DNA of 64,000 nt from an uncultured Phycisphaerales bacterium (GTDB lineage: Bacteria > Planctomycetota > Phycisphaerae > Tepidisphaerales > Tepidisphaeraceae): assembly GCA_963758525.1 (NCBI GenBank), contig CAVWVQ010000003.1, forward strand, positions 864,001 to 928,000. Direction: 5' to 3'. The translations under genes and the position numbers were made by a program. Shown one piece after another: positions 1 through 10,849 of the stretch. A model generated the notes under the pieces. The model saw only the letters and a program-made list of their open reading frames with translations, was not told where the DNA came from and did not search any database. The first letter of the stretch is position 1; the number at the start of each line of letters is the position of its first letter.

Positions 1-10
1 GACAGGCCCG

Positions 11-412
11 ATGTACCCGCTGGCGCAGCATTCCACGGGCGATCGATTCGCCACCTACGCGTTCATCTTTCTGTTCTGCGGGTGTTTCCTCGTCGCCGGC
101 AGCGCCGCCGCGGTGGCGTCATTGCGGACGATGCTGCGGTGTTGGTTGTTCGACAAGGACGCCGGGGTCGCGACGCTCGGCAAACGAAGTTGGCCGCTGG
201 ACGAGATCCGCTCGCTGCGTCTGAAAGCCGACATGATTCTGCAGTTGCCCCTGAGCGTGAGTCTCATGATGGAACTGGCGAGCGGGAGCGAGGTACGCGT
301 GATCCGCAGTGCAATCCCCAGGGGCAGCACGCTGCACGATCAGCAGGCTCGTCTGGAGCCGGTCGCCCAGCAGATGGCGGAGTGGCTGGCGGTGCCCCTG
401 TATTGTGGCTGA
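11..412 (+). CDS. hypothetical membrane protein (possibly 5'-partial at window edge)
   Basis: 133-aa ORF with one hydrophobic segment; no recognised family. Confidence 0.5.
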   Translation: MYPLAQHSTGDRFATYAFIFLFCGCFLVAGSAAAVASLRTMLRCWLFDKDAGVATLGKRSWPLDEIRSLRLKADMILQLPLSVSLMMELASGSEVRVIRSAIPRGSTLHDQQARLEPVAQQMAEWLAVPLYCG

Positions 413-472
413 GCGCGGACTGCCCGTCCGATTTTGTGCAGTTCAGTGCATGATGGCATATCGACGGTAAGG

Positions 473-2005
473 CTACCAATCATCCGATCGAAACGGTCCG
501 GCGGGGAGATCGTCTTTGTTGTAGAGATTGGCGGATGAGCCGTTGCGCCAGGCGTAGCGAACGGCGATGGGATGCGGAACCTGGGCCGACGTCACGCGCA
601 GCGTGTCGCCGTCGATCACGGCGCCAGCCGGATGGAATTGCCTGTCGTCGCCGGCAAGAGTGAACTCGTTCAGCTTGTCGCCCTTGGTTTTCAATCCATC
701 GGCGCCGCGTTTGAAGTGCACGATGATCGCATTTCCATCAACGGTGGCGGAGCCGAAGATCGGGCCCTCGTACGGCACGTTCATTCCATACACTTTGGCC
801 TCGGCGATCCACGCGAGCCGCTGGGCGACGGGCTGCTTCTTTTTCGGATGGACGTTCAAATCCTCGCCCACATCGATGGTGACGGCCATGCCGGTGTCGG
901 GCAGCGATAGCGCTTCAGCCTGCACCCCGCGCATAAACGCCCAGGAGGTGCTGTTGGCCCCTTCAGAATTGTGATTCGGAAGCTGCACGAAAAGAAACGG
1001 CAAGTCGCCCTGCCCAAAATCGTGCCGCCACTGCTTGATCATCACGGGAAACCAACTGCGATATCGCGCATATTTGGACGCATCCTGCTCGCCCTGGTAC
1101 CAGACGATCCCTTTGTAAGCGAAATGCATGATCGGAAAGATCATGCCGTTGAACAGTCCGCCCGGCGCGTTGCGATCATTGGGCCCCGGCGGAGGCAGGG
1201 GCTTCTTCACCGTGAACGGCGTTCCCGCGGCTTTCGCGGCGGCGGCCTGCTTCTCCCAATCGGCCAGCTTCGCATCGTATGCCGCCTTGGCAGCGGGATA
1301 GCTTGCCATCTGCTTGTCCCAGTCCTTGAGCACAGTCGCGCAGACCGGATCGGCGGCAAGTGCATCCGTGCTGGTCCACGCATTGACGCCCGTGCCGCCC
1401 CATGAGCTGTTGACGATGCCGATGGGAACGTGAATCGCGTCCTGAAGATCGCGGGCAAAAAGGTAAGCGACGGCGGAAAACTGCGGCACCGTCTCGGGGG
1501 ATGCAACTTGCCAGCCGGCGACGGTCTGGGTCTGCGTCATCGGCGTGCCGGCGGTTACAAGCTTCATCCGCACCTGGCGAATCTGCGGTCGATGGGCCGA
1601 GGCAATCTCTGCTGCCGCGTTCTCAACCGCGTTCAGCTCGAATCCCATGTTCGATTGTCCCGAACAGAGCCACACATCGCCGACGAGCACATCGTTGACA
1701 ACAACCGTGTTCTTCCCCGTCACGGTCAGCGTGCCTGGGTCGCCCAGCGCAAGATTCTTCAGATCGCAACGCCAGTTCCCATGATCGTCTGCGATCGTGC
1801 CCACCTTTTGATCGCGGAACGAAACGGCGACGCCTTCGCCAGGATCGGCCGTACCCCAGACGGGATCGGCATCCTCCCGCTGCAGCACCATGTGATCGGC
1901 GAAGAGGCCGTTCAGTTGCACGTGAGCGGGGGCGACTGTGACATCAAAAAACGCTGAGAAAAAGACGACAGCGCCGGCCGAGGAAAGCAGACTTTGCAGT
2001 TTCAT
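473..2005 (-). CDS. sialate O-acetylesterase family (SGNH) secreted esterase
   Basis: Signal peptide; motifs LFADHMVLQR, GDVWLCSGQSNM, WYQGE, FVQLP, DVGEDLNVHP, VRYAW, PFRSDDW. Confidence 0.9.
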   Translation of the reverse strand: MKLQSLLSSAGAVVFFSAFFDVTVAPAHVQLNGLFADHMVLQREDADPVWGTADPGEGVAVSFRDQKVGTIADDHGNWRCDLKNLALGDPGTLTVTGKNTVVVNDVLVGDVWLCSGQSNMGFELNAVENAAAEIASAHRPQIRQVRMKLVTAGTPMTQTQTVAGWQVASPETVPQFSAVAYLFARDLQDAIHVPIGIVNSSWGGTGVNAWTSTDALAADPVCATVLKDWDKQMASYPAAKAAYDAKLADWEKQAAAAKAAGTPFTVKKPLPPPGPNDRNAPGGLFNGMIFPIMHFAYKGIVWYQGEQDASKYARYRSWFPVMIKQWRHDFGQGDLPFLFVQLPNHNSEGANSTSWAFMRGVQAEALSLPDTGMAVTIDVGEDLNVHPKKKQPVAQRLAWIAEAKVYGMNVPYEGPIFGSATVDGNAIIVHFKRGADGLKTKGDKLNEFTLAGDDRQFHPAGAVIDGDTLRVTSAQVPHPIAVRYAWRNGSSANLYNKDDLPAGPFRSDDW

Positions 2006-2207
2006 GAAGTGTTTAGTTTACCGTTGAGGGCGCATGCGTATCCAATGATGCTGCTCACATCATCACGGTTCCTGCGACGAAGCCGCGCTCTCACTCCCGA
2101 GTCGGAGCCGCTATCCGGAGCCACGGCGGCAGGGAGATCGACAAAAGCCAAATTCCGTGGCGATACCCAGTGTGGTATGTTGCCGGTGTCTTTGTGGCAG
2201 GCATCCG

Positions 2208-2432
2208 ATGGAGCACACCTTGATCGTCAGTGGGCGATATGCTGGACGGACGTTCATCCCGAACGAGCCGCTTCCCGACGCGGAGGGCGCGGCCGAACTG
2301 GTTATCACCCCAGCCCCATCAACGGCACGCCGCTCGGTCTCCGATGCCTTCGGCGCTGCCCCGGCGCTGCGGAGCGGGAATGACATCCTTGCGCAGCTAC
2401 GGGCTGAGCGCGACGAGTGGGGTGAGCGCTGA
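2208..2432 (+). CDS. small putative antitoxin (VapB-like)
   Basis: 74-aa ORF ending LAQLRAERDEWGER whose stop overlaps the start of a PIN-domain N-terminus. Confidence 0.6.
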   Translation: MEHTLIVSGRYAGRTFIPNEPLPDAEGAAELVITPAPSTARRSVSDAFGAAPALRSGNDILAQLRAERDEWGER

Positions 2433-2509
2433 TCTACCTCGACGCGAACGTCGTGATCCGGGTGGTTGAAGATTGCTCCTATTTCAACTCGTTAATGCAG
2501 AAGCTATGA
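2429..2509 (+). pseudogene. truncated PIN-domain (VapC-like) toxin, N-terminus only
   Basis: Reads LIYLDANVVIRVVE (typical PIN first strand and helix), then unrelated sequence and a stop. Confidence 0.65.
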
Positions 2510-3329
2510 AGACCCCCATGGTTTTAAACCTTTTTCGAGGACTTTTCCTTCTTGGGAATCTAATTCTATCGTGCGACGTGGTACTGGCCAGAGATCCGGC
2601 CGACTACGTCAATCCTTTGATTGGGACCTCCAGCATGAATCCGACGAAGGAGGAAAGAGCCCGGCTCCCAAAGATGGACTCGAACTTCGATGGATTTCAC
2701 GGCAAACTCTTTCCCGGCGCCGCCATGATCCAGCTCGATGGCGGCAAGGATCTTTTCATTGCCAAGCTGCGCGACTTCTTCGAGCGCACGCCCGACTTCA
2801 GCTCCTGGAGCCCCTACAGCGGCATCCCGCATCCATACCACGCAAGAGGCCAGGAGCCGTGGTGGAACCCTTATAACAATCCGGTCAACGAACCGACTGA
2901 GCTGATCTCCCTCTTGTTCAATCGCGCCGTGCGCCGTGGCTGACGCAGAAATGGGTGCGCGAATCGATGAAGGTCTACCTCACCGGCCCCGAGGGCATGC
3001 CGGGCGACGACGATTGTGGCCAGATGTCCGCCTGGTACGTCCTCGCCGCCATTGGCCTGCACCAGATCTGCGCCGGCGATCCCCGCTTCGAGATTTTCAC
3101 GCCCATTTTCGACAAGGTCACGCTCCCGCTCGACCCGAAATACACGAACGGCGGCACCTTCACGATCACGACGAAGAACAACTCACCCCAAAACATCTAT
3201 ATCCAGTCCGCGACCTTCAACGGCAAGCCGTTCAACCGATGCTGGCTGAATTTTGCAGAAATTTCGGCAGGAGGAAACCTTGATCTTGTCTTGGGCCCGC
3301 AACCAAACAAAAGCTGGGGCGTACAATAA
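2506..3329 (+). pseudogene. GH92 alpha-mannosidase remnant with large internal deletion and frameshift
   Basis: N-terminal DYVNPLIGTS...FPGAA joined directly to C-terminal GGKDLFIAKL...NEP...GMPGDDDCGQMSAWYV...NIYIQSATFNG; ~270 codons versus ~750 expected. Confidence 0.8.
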
Positions 3330-3645
3330 TATAATCAACCACCAGCCGGCCAGTTGAGCTTCGCTTGAGATATGATTGAGGCCGACCAGAAGGGCCGGCA
3401 GACAGACCGCAGCGACGATGTTGATGCTGTTGCTGTTGAACGCCTCGCTGATGACCGCCGCGCCGCGTCCATGCCAGGCCAGGCGAAGCGCCGCGAGTGT
3501 GTTGGGCAGTCCGGTGAGCGTCGCCAACACCAGAGTGCCCACAATCAGATGCCGGATATGCCAGGCTGCCGCGAGATGACGCTCGACGCAGCGCTGAGCA
3601 GAAGCGCGCCGACAAAAATGACAACCGTGAACCAAACCATTCTCG
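3330..3645 (-). pseudogene. sodium:calcium antiporter family fragment
   Basis: LIVGTLVLATLTGLPN...GAAVISEAFNSNSINI resembles the CaCA alpha-repeat; no full-length ORF. Confidence 0.6.
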
Positions 3646-3646
3646 C

Positions 3647-4351
3647 TCACATCTTTTCCTTGATGCCACTGCTCACGAGCCACCAGTTAATCGGATAGCT
3701 CGTCAAAAAGCCGAAGATCATGGCGAGCTGCATCATGAACCAGAAAACAGGGGTGGTCTTTGGAAGCTCTCGATGAAAGAGGCAGAACGCCGCTATCGCC
3801 ATCCAGCCATACATTCCCACCTGCCAGGCGAGCAGCGACAATGTATCCGCCTTCACCGCCGCCCAGAGCCCCCTGCCCGGTGAAAGGCCGCGCATTGGAA
3901 CGATGGTGAAATATTGAAAAGCGATTCCGAACACATAAGCGGCGATGAAATCGATGATCCACGCGTTGAACATCTTATTTTCGAACACCAACGATCCTAA
4001 TGCCGGGAAGAGAACCACTGACCATTCGGCGACAAGATCGCCGAGTGTGCATCCCGCTCCGCAGTGGGTCGTGGCAACGGCGACGATCTGTGGAAATGGC
4101 TTCTGTTTCCCCGGCGGCGGTTGATTCTGCCGCATCGCTGCCCTCGCCGTTTTTTTGGTCGACAGCCGCCCGATACGGTAGTAAGCCCAAAATGCCAGAG
4201 GCCCGGCGTAGAGCGCAGTCACGGGCCAGACGATGTTCATGATCCACATGTTTTGCCGATGCCCCGCCAACAGGTCGATCGCAATAATGATCGCACAGGT
4301 GAAGCCGGTTCCAAGACAAATCCACGCGAGATCAGTTAGCCAGTAGGACAT
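3647..4351 (-). CDS. DUF4396 family membrane protein
   Basis: MWIMNIVWPVTALY, THCGAGCTLGD, WQVGMYGWM, FWFMMQLAMIFGFLTSYPINWWLV...GIKEKM. Confidence 0.85.
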   Translation of the reverse strand: MSYWLTDLAWICLGTGFTCAIIIAIDLLAGHRQNMWIMNIVWPVTALYAGPLAFWAYYRIGRLSTKKTARAAMRQNQPPPGKQKPFPQIVAVATTHCGAGCTLGDLVAEWSVVLFPALGSLVFENKMFNAWIIDFIAAYVFGIAFQYFTIVPMRGLSPGRGLWAAVKADTLSLLAWQVGMYGWMAIAAFCLFHRELPKTTPVFWFMMQLAMIFGFLTSYPINWWLVSSGIKEKM

Positions 4352-4379
4352 GGGAGAGCCGCGGGTCCGGCCATGGGTT

Positions 4380-4688
4380 TTAACGATCCTTCGATAAGGC
4401 CCGCATCGCCACGCGAGCTTCCGGTGCGATCAGCGGGATGCTTGAGAAAGTGGCAGCGGCAGCGATGACAGACCAGAAACACCATGCGCGGCCGATGCGT
4501 CCACCGCATCGGAATCCATCATCGGTATCGGCGGGTTGGGCAGGTGGAGGATCAGCCCGGTCTGATAGAGCGAGACCAACCCCCATCGCAGCCCCGGCGG
4601 CGAGCGAAACGCATATGACGCCGCGCCGACGACGCATCTCGTCGTCGGCGCTCTCACGAAGATATCGGCTCAGTTGGCGCGGCGTCAT
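4380..4688 (-). pseudogene. vitamin K epoxide reductase (VKOR) family remnant
   Basis: Frames combine to MTPRQLSRYLRE...RRRRG...LVSLYQTG..HLPNPP..DSDAVDAS...AWCFWS; shortened and frameshifted. Confidence 0.55.
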
Positions 4689-4722
4689 TTTCGACACGAT
4701 TGCTGTCCGTTTGCAGTGAGGG

Positions 4723-5577
4723 CTACTTGGATTGCGGCGTCGGCCTTCCATATGCCGCCATTAACACGCGGTGCGCGTAATAGCGATAACCCTCATGCAC
4801 GTCCCCGGGCCACTGATCGGGGTGCTCGCCGATATCGGTCAGGGCCGTCAGCAGATTATCGTGCAACATCGGGCCCGTGACGTTGTTCGGCAGGTCGACT
4901 CGCCACTGATCCGGCAATTCATGCACGAGCGAAACCGTCATCGCAGGCAATCCGAACTCCGACGGGAAACGCACGAGTGCTGCATTGCGGCCATCGCTCA
5001 AATTCGACTGGCTCACGTCCTTGTTATCACCTTTGCCTTGATCGTCATGGACGACCTTGCTCGAGTCGCTGAACGGAGCCACGGGGAACTCTTTCACGGC
5101 TTGCGAGCTGTTGGCAACTTCCCCCTGCAATATTGACACGCTCTCTGGGAACACTTTCTCTTCTTTCTTGATCTCAAACTCCTGGCCGTATTTGCTCTTC
5201 CAGGCCTTCTGGATTTGAGTGATGCGGCCGTCGAGTTTTTTCGTATCGCGATCCTTGTAGTCGCCGATCCGGTTGCGATCCTGATCGACAAAGTTTCCGA
5301 CGAAGTTGTCGAAATGACTCGTTTGGGCCGCGTCCTCCGTCAAATTGGCCAGCTCCGATCGGATGTCAGCGGCCTCGTTCATGTCCGGCTTCATTTTAAA
5401 CCCGGCGGGAAACGCCAGGTCGGCGGTGTTTGTCCGGCCATTTTGCCCCTGATCAGCCTGATGTTGCTCGCTCGCGTTCGCGCTAGTCGCTCTGTCATCC
5501 GCCCGCACCGGCGCCGTGAACGCGATGCCGCTCAGCGCGGCCAATGTCAGCACACCTATTGTTCGCTGCTTACGCAT
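4723..5577 (-). CDS. hypothetical secreted protein
   Basis: Sec signal peptide (MRKQRTIGVLTLAALSGIAFTAPVRA), long ORF, GGAG ribosome-binding site upstream. Confidence 0.7.
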   Translation of the reverse strand: MRKQRTIGVLTLAALSGIAFTAPVRADDRATSANASEQHQADQGQNGRTNTADLAFPAGFKMKPDMNEAADIRSELANLTEDAAQTSHFDNFVGNFVDQDRNRIGDYKDRDTKKLDGRITQIQKAWKSKYGQEFEIKKEEKVFPESVSILQGEVANSSQAVKEFPVAPFSDSSKVVHDDQGKGDNKDVSQSNLSDGRNAALVRFPSEFGLPAMTVSLVHELPDQWRVDLPNNVTGPMLHDNLLTALTDIGEHPDQWPGDVHEGYRYYAHRVLMAAYGRPTPQSK

Positions 5578-5749
5578 TTGAGACTCCTTTGAGTAATTCA
5601 CCACCGCGTCCGACGCTCCACAGCGTCAACCGGTTGATCCCATCGTCAGCAGCGCCCGAACCACGGAAGCTTGCGAAATTACTCAGAGGAGCCGAGTAAT
5701 TTTCTCGCGCAAAATAGGCGAGGATAAGCTTCGCAGCGCGCGTCCAACT

Positions 5750-6012
5750 CAACACCGGCTCTGGGGGCGTGCCCCCCGCCGCCGTTGCCGTCCTGGTCCA
5801 CGGGGAACCTGGGACTGACGGGTCTGATCGTGTCCGTGAACGACGCGGGTGGACCGGAAGAATGACGTCTTGTCCAGCACCTTCTCCTGGAAGTCTTCGA
5901 GGATCAGATAAATCACCGGCGTAATGATAGTGTGATGAACTGAGATACAGTTACTTCGCCGATGATTACTACGGGACGACGGCAGTCGGCGTCGTTGCCG
6001 ATGCCCAGGCCA
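5750..6012 (-). pseudogene. C-terminal remnant of an RND efflux permease (AcrB/MdtBC-like)
   Basis: Translates across a frameshift as GLGIGNDADCRRPVVIIG..VSQFITL / ITPVIYLILEDFQEKVLDKTSFFRS; abuts the repeat at 6013. Confidence 0.6.
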
Positions 6013-6405
6013 GTCGGCTTTGGGAGATTCACAATCAAGGCGGATTGCCGTCTGCGGAATCTGTTAGAAACAGATTGAATGGACAGTCCATCATGGACGG
6101 CGGAGAGCGCCGTCGAGGATTCTCTGGGAAGTCGAGGAATGGTCCGCACGGCGGCTCGACGCTGTCATCGATTCGGAGCCCACGCTGGAGCCGCCGAGCG
6201 GACCCTGCGCCTCGAACAGACCGAATCGTTGCCAGAGGAGAAATCGGAGGTCAATCAATGTCGCACGGGGTCGAGCGAAAATGATACGTGACGCAATCAC
6301 AACAGATCGGCGGGGACAGCCGCGGGTTCAGCACCAAGGCGCACTGCGGTTGACGACGTGCGCAGACCATGGCCGAGCGCATCGGAATCAATGAGCGAAT
6401 GGCCA
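6013..6405. repeat. ~393-bp dispersed non-coding repeat, copy 1
   Basis: GTCGGCTTTGGGAGATTCACAATCAAGG...GAGCGAATGGCCA; closely similar to 17010-17402 and 17598-17993. Confidence 0.95.
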
Positions 6406-8055
6406 GTAGAGTAGAGAACTGACCGGCCCGATTGCCGATCAGTTCTCCCTCTTCGAACCGGACAGGCGGATTTCCCGCATCCGGCTCTCACGATATCGTT
6501 CTTCTCAAGCATTCACGGACCTCACCTGTTATCACAGGGGCTGTAACCCAAGCAGATGCAGATGAGCGTACCAACTCGTCTCGCCGGTGCCCCGGTAAGG
6601 TCGTTGGCTCCGACGTTTCAGGTGACGGATCAGTCGTGTCTGCACGAAGCTGTTGATCTGGCGGAACGCGTTGCGGGGATATCCTTTGCCAAAGTAGTTG
6701 CTCCAGCCAGCCAGGTGCTCGTTGATCTGATAGATCAACGCCGGGATGGGCAGGAAGCATCGCTCCGGTCCGGTCATTTCCCGCAGCTTATCCCGTTCAC
6801 GCTGCATCGCCTTCTTCGAGGGAAAGAGGTTCAGGTAGCGGTGGGCGCCGCCTTGGCGGTCGCGGTCGTACCGGAACGTATACCCCAGAAAATCCAGACG
6901 CTCGCCCGGCTGATTCAGCTTCGCCGTACGCGTCTTGTCGCGGTTGACCGTCAGTCCAAACCGCCCTTGCAGCGTCTGTTCCACGAACGACTCGATCTGC
7001 CTGTCAACATACCTTGCCAGAATCACAAAGTCGTCGGCATACCGCACCAATCGGGCGTTTGCCCAGCGGTACGGCCCGTCAGATCGGTGGAACAGCTTAT
7101 CGAACCAATGCAGATACAGGTTGGCCAGCAATGGGGAGATGACCCCGCCCTGCGGCGTCCCCTGTTTGCTCCGGCTGGCCTTGGGCGGGTCGCCGGGACC
7201 ATCGCCCCGTTCCACGATCACCGCTTTGAGCCACATCCGGATCAGCTTCAGCACGCTTCCATCCACGATGCGCTTCTGGACACATGCCATCAGCTTCTCG
7301 TGGGGGATCGTGTCGAAGTACGACTGCAAATCCGCGTCGTACACTTCCCGCCGCCCCTGCTGGAGGTTTTCCTTGATCTCCTCCAGCGCATCGTGGGCCG
7401 AACGACCGGGACGGAATCCGTACGAACAGTCCAGGAAGTCCGCCTCGAAGATCGGCTCCACGAGCAGCAGCACCGCCATTTGCACCACACGGTCTGTGAC
7501 CGTGGGGATGCCCAATGGGCGGAGCTTGCCGTTGGCCTTGGGAATGTACACACGCTTCACCGGCTGCGCGCGGTAGGTTCGGGTCTTGAGCGATTCTTGA
7601 ATTTCGCCCAGGAATCCCGTCACGCCGTGTTCGGTGTTTCGCACCTCGTCGATGCTCACACCGTCCACGCCAGGTGCGCCGTTGTTGGCGGCCACCTGTT
7701 CCCATGCCGCACGCAATACGTCTGGCCGGCAGACCGTTTCATACAACGTGTAGAAACGGAATCCCGGCTCCCGCTTGGCTTTGAGGTATAGCTTCTGTCG
7801 CAGAAGAAAGACTTTCCCCGGCAAACCCTTGCCGTTCACCTTGAAGTGCACGGGCAGGTCGTTCGGCTCTTCCGTCCTATTCCCAATCTCTCGGGACAAT
7901 CGGGCCTCTCTTCCTTTTACATCCGCTTGATATCGTCAGGACTCCTTGGCTCCACGGGCATTACGCCGTTTCATCGCGACTATGAGCCCATCCGACTCCT
8001 CGCATGACACGCCTGATGGTTATGTCTTCCCATCCAGCGTCCGCGGTTGCCCGCC
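6406..8055 (-). mobile_element. group II intron, 5'-truncated (most of domain I missing)
   Basis: Minus strand has domain V GAGCCGGATGCGGGAAATCCGCCTGTCCGGTTC, a domain VI hairpin ending CTCTACTCTAC, and DII/DIII-like sequence at ~7900-8050; no GTGYG 5' end found. Confidence 0.85.
6532..7899 (-). CDS. ltrA: group II intron reverse transcriptase/maturase (no endonuclease domain)
   Basis: [64 protein letters not shown], maturase GWSNYF. Confidence 0.95.
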   Translation of the reverse strand: MSREIGNRTEEPNDLPVHFKVNGKGLPGKVFLLRQKLYLKAKREPGFRFYTLYETVCRPDVLRAAWEQVAANNGAPGVDGVSIDEVRNTEHGVTGFLGEIQESLKTRTYRAQPVKRVYIPKANGKLRPLGIPTVTDRVVQMAVLLLVEPIFEADFLDCSYGFRPGRSAHDALEEIKENLQQGRREVYDADLQSYFDTIPHEKLMACVQKRIVDGSVLKLIRMWLKAVIVERGDGPGDPPKASRSKQGTPQGGVISPLLANLYLHWFDKLFHRSDGPYRWANARLVRYADDFVILARYVDRQIESFVEQTLQGRFGLTVNRDKTRTAKLNQPGERLDFLGYTFRYDRDRQGGAHRYLNLFPSKKAMQRERDKLREMTGPERCFLPIPALIYQINEHLAGWSNYFGKGYPRNAFRQINSFVQTRLIRHLKRRSQRPYRGTGETSWYAHLHLLGLQPL

Positions 8056-8218
8056 GAAATTGCGGCCTGATGCGGCCCTGAGCGGTCGGTCAACATTTAC
8101 TGCCAAACGCTCGCGGCCGCATTACAGTAACCCCCCCGTATAATGTCGGAAAACGTCGGAAAACGTCGGATGGATGGGTCAAAGTGGATAGTGAAACCAA
8201 TACGTTTTACTGCGACGC

Positions 8219-9052
8219 GTGTCTATGATGGGCGAGCAACCGCCTCGACCCCGCAAAGCCGTGATGAAAACGATTAGTGAAATTCGGCTGCCGTTTGACA
8301 ATGCGGCCCGCGACGCCGCGCAGATTTTTGCGGTGGTGGCGACGGTTTTGATGGCGATGGTCAGGCCGGACACCTGGCGACGAACCGTTCGGCTGGCGCT
8401 GGCCCGGCAAATCTTCCAGTGCGGCGTGGAAGCGGTTGGCTTCACGTCGGTGATGGCCGCGATCGTCGGAGTGCTGGTCGTGGTGCAGGTGCAGTTGTGG
8501 CTTGTGCGCGTGGGGCAGACAGCACTGCTGGGGCCAGTGCTGGTGACCGTGGTGATTCGCGAGCTGGGCCCGCTGCTGGCGAACCTCGTTGTGCTGGCGC
8601 GCAGCGGGACTGCCATGGCGGCGGAATTGGGGAATATGCGCATTGCCGGCGAGGTGCGGGTGCTCGATTCGCAGGGGCTCGACCCGCTGTTGTTTCTTGT
8701 GCTGCCCCGGGCATTGGGTTTTACCATCAGCGTCTTTTGTCTGGCGATCATTTTCATTCTCTTCGCGCTGGCCAGCGGCTATTTGTTTGGCGCTTTGGCG
8801 GGTCTGAAGGTTGGAGCGGTGGGGGGATTTGTCGAGAGCATCGTGCGATCGATCGGTCCAGCGGACGTTTCCAATCTGATTGCCAAGACGTTGACGCCTG
8901 GTTTGTTCTCCGGGACCATCTGCTGCATTGAGGGCTTGCGGGCCGCCGAGAGTGTCATTGAGGTGCCGCGGGCGACCTCGCGGGCCGTGCAGCGATCGGG
9001 CTTGGCGGTCTTCCTCATCATTGCTGTGGTTTCGCTGGTTACTTACCTCTGA
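8219..9052 (+). CDS. MlaE-family ABC transporter permease
   Basis: IRELGPLLANLVVLARSGTAMAAELGNMRIAGEVRVLDSQGLDP...VPRATSRAV. Confidence 0.9.
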   Translation: MSMMGEQPPRPRKAVMKTISEIRLPFDNAARDAAQIFAVVATVLMAMVRPDTWRRTVRLALARQIFQCGVEAVGFTSVMAAIVGVLVVVQVQLWLVRVGQTALLGPVLVTVVIRELGPLLANLVVLARSGTAMAAELGNMRIAGEVRVLDSQGLDPLLFLVLPRALGFTISVFCLAIIFILFALASGYLFGALAGLKVGAVGGFVESIVRSIGPADVSNLIAKTLTPGLFSGTICCIEGLRAAESVIEVPRATSRAVQRSGLAVFLIIAVVSLVTYL

Positions 9053-9055
9053 TTC

Positions 9056-9787
9056 ATGAATTCATCCCACGCGCCGAACAATGAGGTGCTTCGCCTGGAG
9101 AACGTGACCGTCGAAGCGGAGGAGACCTATGATTCGGCCATTTGGGACGTCAGTTTTTCACTGCGTGAAGCGGAGTTGATGTTGTTGCGGGTTGAGCGCG
9201 AGCGGGCGCACCTGCCGCTGGCGGATGCGGCCGTGGGGCTGATCAAGCCGCGCGAGGGACGGGTCAAATTTCGCTCTGAGGACTGGCAAGAGATTGCGCC
9301 TCGACGAGCGGATGATTTGCGGGGGAAGATCGGTCGCATCTTCACAGGCTGGGGATGGGTGAGTCATCTGAGCGTCGATGAGAATATTCTGCTCGCTACG
9401 GTTCATCACACCTCCAAGCCGCGCTCACGAATAGAGGACGAGTCGGCGACGCTGGCGCGGGCGTTCGGGCTGCCAGGACTTCCGCGTGGACTGCCGGGAA
9501 AAATGCGGAGGTCGGATCTGGCGCGGGCCGCCTGTGTTCGCGCGTTTCTCAACGATCCCCGGCTGCTTATCCTCGAGACGCCAACCGACGGGCCCAACTC
9601 TTCGCTGATGTCAGTGCTGGTGAACATGACGGCAGCGGCACGGCGCCGTGGCGCGGCGGTGCTGTGGACAACAGCGGAAGCGCGAGTGTGGTCGGATCCG
9701 GCCCTGCGGCCCACGGCGCGAGCGATCATGTCCGGATCACAAATGCTGGTCACCGCGATGGAGACAATTCATGGCTACAGCGTTTAA
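9056..9787 (+). CDS. degenerate ABC ATP-binding (MlaF-like) protein
   Basis: ABC-fold cues (LRLENVTV, VSFSL, LSVDENIL, PRLLILETPT) but no GxxGxGKS Walker A. Confidence 0.7.
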   Translation: MNSSHAPNNEVLRLENVTVEAEETYDSAIWDVSFSLREAELMLLRVERERAHLPLADAAVGLIKPREGRVKFRSEDWQEIAPRRADDLRGKIGRIFTGWGWVSHLSVDENILLATVHHTSKPRSRIEDESATLARAFGLPGLPRGLPGKMRRSDLARAACVRAFLNDPRLLILETPTDGPNSSLMSVLVNMTAAARRRGAAVLWTTAEARVWSDPALRPTARAIMSGSQMLVTAMETIHGYSV

Positions 9788-10849
9788 GTTTCGTCATGTC
9801 AGTCAGATCAGCGGGATATTCGTCATTGGCTCGATGCTGATCATCGTGCTCGCGGTGGTGGCGACGGCCAGGAGCCAGGGTTGGTTCAGGCCCATGTCGC
9901 AACTGACCATCGAGCTGCCCGAGGAAGGATCAGCCGGACTCAAACCCGGCGCGGATGTGATGGTGTTGGGAACCGCGGTTGGCGAGGTCAAAACGATTCG
10001 AGTGGAAAATGAGCGGATGTTTGCCGATCTGCGGATACGCAGTGATTTCATGAAGTTTCTGCGGATCGATTCAGCCGCTTCAATTCAACGAACGCTTGGC
10101 CTGGGAGATGCCTACGTGCAGATCTCCCGCGGAAAGTCCAACAAGAGACTCACCGAGGACGCAACCATCCCGGTCTCGGTCAATGTCGCGCCGCGCAAAT
10201 GGTGGAGGAAACGCTGGGGCAGGTTCGCGAAGAATTGATTCCCGCGGTGCACGAACTTCGGCTCGCGGCAGAAAAATACGAGCAGCTCGCGGTGTTGCTG
10301 AGCGATCCGCGCGGCAACCTCCAGCAGACGCTGGCACACGTGCAGAATATCAGTGAGCGGCTGGACAGCGGCAATGAAACCCTCGCAGGCCGGCTGCTCA
10401 ACGACCCCAAGCTCGGCGCCAGCATCGCCTCTGCCGTGCCGAGGCTCGGGACTCTGCTCGACCAGACGGATCTGATTCTGCGCGATCTGAAGAAAACGAC
10501 CGCATCCCTGCCCGACCTTGCCAGCTCAACAGATGAACAGATGAAGCGGATGCCGGAGCTGATTTCGCAAACGCAAGAATCGATCAAGCAGCTTCAGGCT
10601 GTTCTCCAGCGCGTCGATCGCGGCACCGAGCAGTTGCCGGCGCTGATCGGATCGATCAAGCAGACGACCGACGCTCTCCCTGGATTGGTGTTGCAGACGC
10701 AGGAATCTTTCCGGCAGTTTCAACGGCTGATGGAAGCGGCGCAGCGAAGCTGGCTGGTGGGCCGGGTGAATCCGGAACCGCAATCGGGTGGCGGACGCAT
10801 CGGCGAAGATGATTTTGCGCCGGAGCCGGCAAATGAAAGGTTTGTCTAA
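9771..10849 (+). CDS. MlaD/MCE family protein (frameshift near 10199)
   Basis: TM anchor, GLKPGADVMVLGTAVGEV MCE motif, long helical C-terminus in the next frame. Confidence 0.8.

Noticed and set aside
6045..6300. Small ORFs recurring within the 393-bp repeat (MDGGERRRGFSGK...)
   Set aside because: Similarity reflects DNA-level repetition; indels between copies change frames and stops
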